From positions 1 through 64,000 of the forward strand of contig CANBBP010000005.1 in assembly GCA_947366895.1 (NCBI GenBank): a stretch of DNA of 64,000 nucleotides, given 5' to 3'. Under the pieces are notes generated by a model, which worked only from the letters and a program-made list of their open reading frames with translations, did no database searches and was not told where the DNA came from. Source of the stretch: an uncultured Clostridia bacterium (lineage in GTDB: Bacteria; Bacillota; Clostridia; Christensenellales; UBA1242). Positions 59,708-64,000 of the stretch are shown piece after piece; position 1 is the first letter of the stretch, and the number at the start of each line of letters is the position of its first letter. The position numbers and the translations under genes are program-made.

Positions 59708-61330
59708 ATGCTAAAATTAAATAGTTATTTAGGAGCAAAGATGAAAAAACAATCGTTTTTTGTAGGTGCCTTGCTTTTAGCAATTAGTGGTATTATATGT
59801 AAAATATTAGGTGCTATTTATAAGATACCGTTGACTAACATTCTAGGTAGTCAAGGTATGGGAGTGTATTATTTAATTTTTCCTATTTATGCTTTTTTAT
59901 TAACTTTAACTTCCTCAAGTTTTACAACTGCTATATCAAGACAAGTTTCTAATTTGGTTGCTGAAAAACAGACTTTACTTGCTTATAAAACATTTAAAGC
60001 TTCGTTATTATTACTTGCTTGTTTAGGCTCTGGAGCAGGGGTTTTACTTGCTTGTTTTTCTAGAGTTATAGCAACATTACAAGGACTAGAAAATGCCTTT
60101 ATTTGTTATCTTTCTGTTGCTCCTAGTATTTTTCTTGTGGCCATTTCTTGTGCGTTTAAAGGCTATTTTCAGGGTTTACAAAACATGACTCCAACCGCAA
60201 CTTCTCAGGTTGTAGGGCAATTATGTAAACTTTCTATGGGCTTTTTATTTGCTAAAATATTAAGTGCAAAAGGTGTTATTTTTGGAGCAATAGGTGCCTT
60301 GTTAGGAGTAACTATAGCAGAAGGGATAACTGCACTTTTTTTTGTTATTTATTTTTTTATTTTTAAGAAAAAAAATCAAACTTATTTTAATTTTTCTAAT
60401 GCTGAAGAAAAGGAAAAAGAAATTTCTCAGAAATATATTATTAAACATATTTTTAAAACGGCAATCCCTTTTACATTAAGTAGTGTAATTTTACCAATGT
60501 CTATGGTTATTGATAGTTTTTTAATTGTTAATATTTTAAAATCTATGCATTTTGATAAACTATTTGCAACTAGTTTATTAGGTTTAAATTCTGGTGTTGT
60601 AAATACTTTGGTAAGTTTGCCTTCAACTCTTTCGGTGGCAGTTTGTATGAGTATTGTACCTTATATTACTTTTAGTTTATCAAAAAAAGATTTTGAAGGA
60701 ATTAATAAAAAAACTTCTCTTGCTATAAAACTTACAATGCTTGTTTCTTTACCATGTGTGTTTATATTTGTTTTGTTTTCTCCCTATATTTTAAAAGTTT
60801 TATACTCTTCTACATTCTCTAGTATATATGAATTTAATGTGGCATCATCTCTTTTAACACTATCTAGTATAAATGTTTTGTATTTATCTTTTTTACAAAT
60901 TTCAACTGCACTTTTGCAAGCAATAAATAGATCTTATATACCTGTAATTAGCTTATCAATTTCTCTTGTAATAAAAGTTATTTGCGAAGTAATTTTGATA
61001 AATATTCCAAATATTAATATTGCAGGTGCTGTTATATCTAATGCTTTGTGTTATTTAATTTCTAGTTTAATAAATATCTATTACTTTAAAACTAAAATTA
61101 AAATTGAGTTTTCTTTTTATAGAACTATTGTAACACCATTTATATCAAGTTGTGTTATGTCTTTAGTTATTTTTATTCTATTAAATATTGTAGGAAGTAA
61201 AACTATTGGTGTAGTATTTTCATTTGTTTTAGGGGCAATAGTTTATGCTATTCTTATTTTTGTGTTAAGAACTTTTAATAAAGATGAAACATCATTTTTT
61301 AAATTAAAAAAACAAAGTCAAAAATCATAG
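59708..61330 (+). CDS. MOP-superfamily polysaccharide/lipid-II flippase (SpoVB/MurJ-like)
   Basis: 540 aa, ~14 transmembrane segments. The N-terminus resembles SpoVB (KKQSFFVGALLLAISGIICKILGAIYKIPLTNILGSQGMGVY). Confidence 0.7.
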   Translation: MLKLNSYLGAKMKKQSFFVGALLLAISGIICKILGAIYKIPLTNILGSQGMGVYYLIFPIYAFLLTLTSSSFTTAISRQVSNLVAEKQTLLAYKTFKASLLLLACLGSGAGVLLACFSRVIATLQGLENAFICYLSVAPSIFLVAISCAFKGYFQGLQNMTPTATSQVVGQLCKLSMGFLFAKILSAKGVIFGAIGALLGVTIAEGITALFFVIYFFIFKKKNQTYFNFSNAEEKEKEISQKYIIKHIFKTAIPFTLSSVILPMSMVIDSFLIVNILKSMHFDKLFATSLLGLNSGVVNTLVSLPSTLSVAVCMSIVPYITFSLSKKDFEGINKKTSLAIKLTMLVSLPCVFIFVLFSPYILKVLYSSTFSSIYEFNVASSLLTLSSINVLYLSFLQISTALLQAINRSYIPVISLSISLVIKVICEVILINIPNINIAGAVISNALCYLISSLINIYYFKTKIKIEFSFYRTIVTPFISSCVMSLVIFILLNIVGSKTIGVVFSFVLGAIVYAILIFVLRTFNKDETSFFKLKKQSQKS

Positions 61331-61363
61331 TTTAAAATTTAGAAAAATGTAAATCATTAAAAT

Positions 61364-61630
61364 ATGAACAAAACAGAATTTTTAAAAGTATTAAGTTTAA
61401 ATTCCAATTTGAGTGTTTCTTCCTGTAAGAGAGTTTTAGAAAACACTTATTCCTTAATTTGTGAAAGCCTTCGTAAAGGGCAAAGTGTAAACTTTTATGG
61501 GTTTGGAAAATTTTATGTGAAAAGCTATAAAGAAAGATGTATTAATAATGCAGGATTAAGAAAAATTATACCAGCAAAAAATATTCCATCATTTAAAACA
61601 GGAAAAATATTTAAAAATGTTGTTAATTAA
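61364..61630 (+). CDS. HU/IHF-family DNA-binding protein (divergent, Cys-containing)
   Basis: MNKTEFLKVLS...GQSVNFYGFGKFYVK...IPAKNIPSFKTGK follows the HU fold pattern (GFG.F, P...P.F.PG). Confidence 0.65.
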   Translation: MNKTEFLKVLSLNSNLSVSSCKRVLENTYSLICESLRKGQSVNFYGFGKFYVKSYKERCINNAGLRKIIPAKNIPSFKTGKIFKNVVN

Positions 61631-61791
61631 TTTAACAACATTTTTTGTTTATAAATTTTTAAGCTAAATGGGCATTTAAAAATTTTTAGTTAATTATTAT
61701 AGGCTTATAAAAGATGTTTTAAATAAGTAAGATCCTTTTTCTTTTACAAAAAGTTTTGCAAAAACTATAGATAATGTGTTAATATTGTTTT

Positions 61792-62853
61792 ATGAAAATA
61801 GCGAATATAGAAATTAAAAACGGATTATTTTTAGCCCCTATGGCAAGTGTTACAGATAAACCTTTTAGAACATTATGTAAAATGTTAGGAGTAGGATTAA
61901 CATATACTGAAATGGTTAGTGTTAAAGGACTATATTACAAAAGCAAAAAGACAGAACAACTACTTGATACTTCAGAAATAGAAAGACCTTGTGCTGTTCA
62001 ATTATTTGGACATGAACCTGAAATATTTAGAAGTGTACTTAAAGGCGGCGTTTTAGATAAGTTTGATATAATTGATATAAATATGGGTTGTCCTGCACCA
62101 AAGATTGTAAAAAATGGTGATGGAAGTGCCTTAATGAAAAACTTAGATTTGGCTAGGGATATCATAAAGGCTTGCGTAGAAAGTACTAATAAACCTGTAA
62201 CTGTAAAGTTTCGTAAGGGTTTTTATAAGTCAGATGATAAATTAGTTGAATTTGCAAAAATGTGTCAAGAAAGTGGAGCAAGTGCTATTACCATTCACCC
62301 TAGAACTAGGGAAGATATGTTTTCAGGTTCAGTAAATTTAGAGGACATAAAAAAGGTTAAACAAAATGTAAGTATACCTGTTATAGGTAATGGAGATGTA
62401 GTAGATTTAGAAACCTATTATAAAATGGCCAAGATTTGTGATGGAGTTATGATAGGTAGAGAGGCTTTAAAGAAACCAGAAATCTTTTTTGAAATAAATA
62501 ATAGTTTAAGTATTGCAAATAAAATTGTTCCTTCATTTTTTGATTTTTATAGACAACTTGTTGAAAATGAAAATAACAACAGTTTTAGTAATAAATTAAT
62601 AAAAAATGAAAAGATAAAAAAAGAAAATATATCATTTAATTTCCCAACAAAAGAACAAATTATTAAAATGCATTTAACTTTACTAAAAAAAGAATATTGT
62701 GATGAATTTATTGTAAAGATATTTAAAAAGTATATTTTATCATATTTAAGTGGTTTAAAAAATTCAACTGATTTAAAAAGAGAAATTGTTCTTATAAATG
62801 ATTTAAAAGTTATGGAAGAAATGATTTTTAATTATTTTAACAATATTGATTAG
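61792..62853 (+). CDS. dus: tRNA-dihydrouridine synthase
   Basis: LAPMASVTDKPFRTLC, DINMGCPAPKIVKNGDGSALM and FMN-binding TIM-barrel signatures. Confidence 0.85.
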   Translation: MKIANIEIKNGLFLAPMASVTDKPFRTLCKMLGVGLTYTEMVSVKGLYYKSKKTEQLLDTSEIERPCAVQLFGHEPEIFRSVLKGGVLDKFDIIDINMGCPAPKIVKNGDGSALMKNLDLARDIIKACVESTNKPVTVKFRKGFYKSDDKLVEFAKMCQESGASAITIHPRTREDMFSGSVNLEDIKKVKQNVSIPVIGNGDVVDLETYYKMAKICDGVMIGREALKKPEIFFEINNSLSIANKIVPSFFDFYRQLVENENNNSFSNKLIKNEKIKKENISFNFPTKEQIIKMHLTLLKKEYCDEFIVKIFKKYILSYLSGLKNSTDLKREIVLINDLKVMEEMIFNYFNNID

Positions 62854-63025
62854 GTTAAAGTTAATAATCTTTTTATTCTTAATAACAAACTTGTAAAAAT
62901 AAAACATATAAAACAAAAAAAGCAAAATTTTACTGTAAAATAAATATACAAAAAATAATAAAATTGCTAAAATAAAAGTACTATCATATATATTATTATA
63001 TTAATTAATAAATTAGCAGGAGAAG

Positions 63026-64000
63026 AAAATGAAAAAGACAATTAAAGATATTGAAGTTAAAGGTAAAAAAATTTTATTGCGTTTAGACCTTAATGTTCCT
63101 TTAAATAAAGAAACAGGAGAAATTAGTGATGATACTAGAATTATGGAATCTTTATCTACCATAAATTATTTATGCGAAAATGGAGCAAGGGTTCTTATAT
63201 GCTCTCATTTGGGCAGACCTGAAGGAATAGATAAAAAGTATTCATTAAAACCAGTTGCTGAAAAATTGGAAAAAATTTTAAAGCATAAAGTGTTTTTTGC
63301 AGAAGATACCGTTGGTAAAGATGCAAAGACAAAATCAAAGGAACTTTGTGATGGTGAAGTTTTAGTTTTAGAAAACTTGCGTTTTGACAAAAGAGAAGAA
63401 GAAAATGATGAAGGTTTTTGTAAAGAACTTGCTAGCCTTGCAGATATTTATGTTAATGATGCTTTTGGTACTGCTCATAGAAAACATGCATCTACTTATG
63501 GTGTTGCAAACCTTTTACCTAATGCAGTAGGTTTTTTAATGGGAAAAGAATTAAAAGTTATAAATGGAATTTTGGATAATCCTAAAAGACCTTTTGTTGC
63601 TATTTTAGGTGGTGCAAAAATTAAAGATAAGATACCTGTAATTGAAAACCTTATTTTAAAAGCAGATACCATTTTAATAGGTGGTGGTATGTCTTATACC
63701 TTTAAAAAAGCTTTGGGCGGAAATGTTGGTAAATCTCTTGTTGATGAAGAAAAACTAGAACTTGCAAAATCTTTAATTGAAAAAGCAAAAGCAAATAATG
63801 TAGAACTTGTTTTACCTGTTGATACTGTTTGTGCTTTAGATTTTTCAAGCGAAGCAAAATCTAAAAAATTTTCTGCTGAGCAAATTCCTGATGAATATAT
63901 GGGAATGGATATTGGTAAAAAAACAATTAAGATATTTAAAAAATATATTAAAAAAGCTGGGACCATAGTTTGGAATGGACCTTTAGGTGTTTTTGAATTT
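63026..64000 (+). CDS. pgk: Phosphoglycerate kinase (N-terminal ~325 aa; continues beyond the window)
   Basis: MKKTIKDIEVKGKKILLRLDLNVPL... and RVLICSHLGRPEG are canonical PGK N-terminal motifs. Confidence 0.92.

Overview
Low-GC (roughly 27-30% GC), standard-code Firmicutes chromosome segment, most likely from a sporulating Clostridia-like organism: spoVT, a SpoVB-like flippase, DUF1540 and PRC-barrel genes are present. The window opens with the 3' end of a 16S rRNA gene that has its own terminator and is not followed by a 23S gene. Next come four tiny HTH regulators (three tandem XRE paralogs plus one divergent gene), a frameshifted gene remnant, and a HAD hydrolase. A ~0.9-kb AT-rich array of ~20-bp degenerate repeats sits upstream of a stand-alone rplJ-rplL operon that has a consensus promoter and leader. 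After rplI, a zinc metallopeptidase and two hypothetical genes lies a ~10-kb putative integrated element (about 10608-20717). It is bounded by 13-bp inverted repeats and carries a large serine recombinase, a phiX/HUH-type rolling-circle Rep, a GC-rich cluster of hairpins that may be an origin, a MazE/AbrB-like small protein and a complete type I restriction-modification operon (hsdM-hsdS-hsdR). Downstream are addB-addA, a cluster of low-complexity hypothetical proteins, DUF1858/DUF1540 genes, a SAM-dependent methyltransferase, and the complete S10-spc-alpha ribosomal-protein super-operon (rpsJ to rplQ, with secY, adk, map, infA, rpmJ and rpoA). Several of its r-proteins carry unusual lysine-rich extensions. 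The window ends with a giant 1485-aa membrane-anchored protein, metK behind a SAM-I riboswitch, spoVT, a small membrane protein flanked by a 15-bp palindromic motif pair, a SpoVB/MurJ-like flippase, an HU-like protein, dus and the start of pgk. No CRISPR array and no tRNA were recognised.
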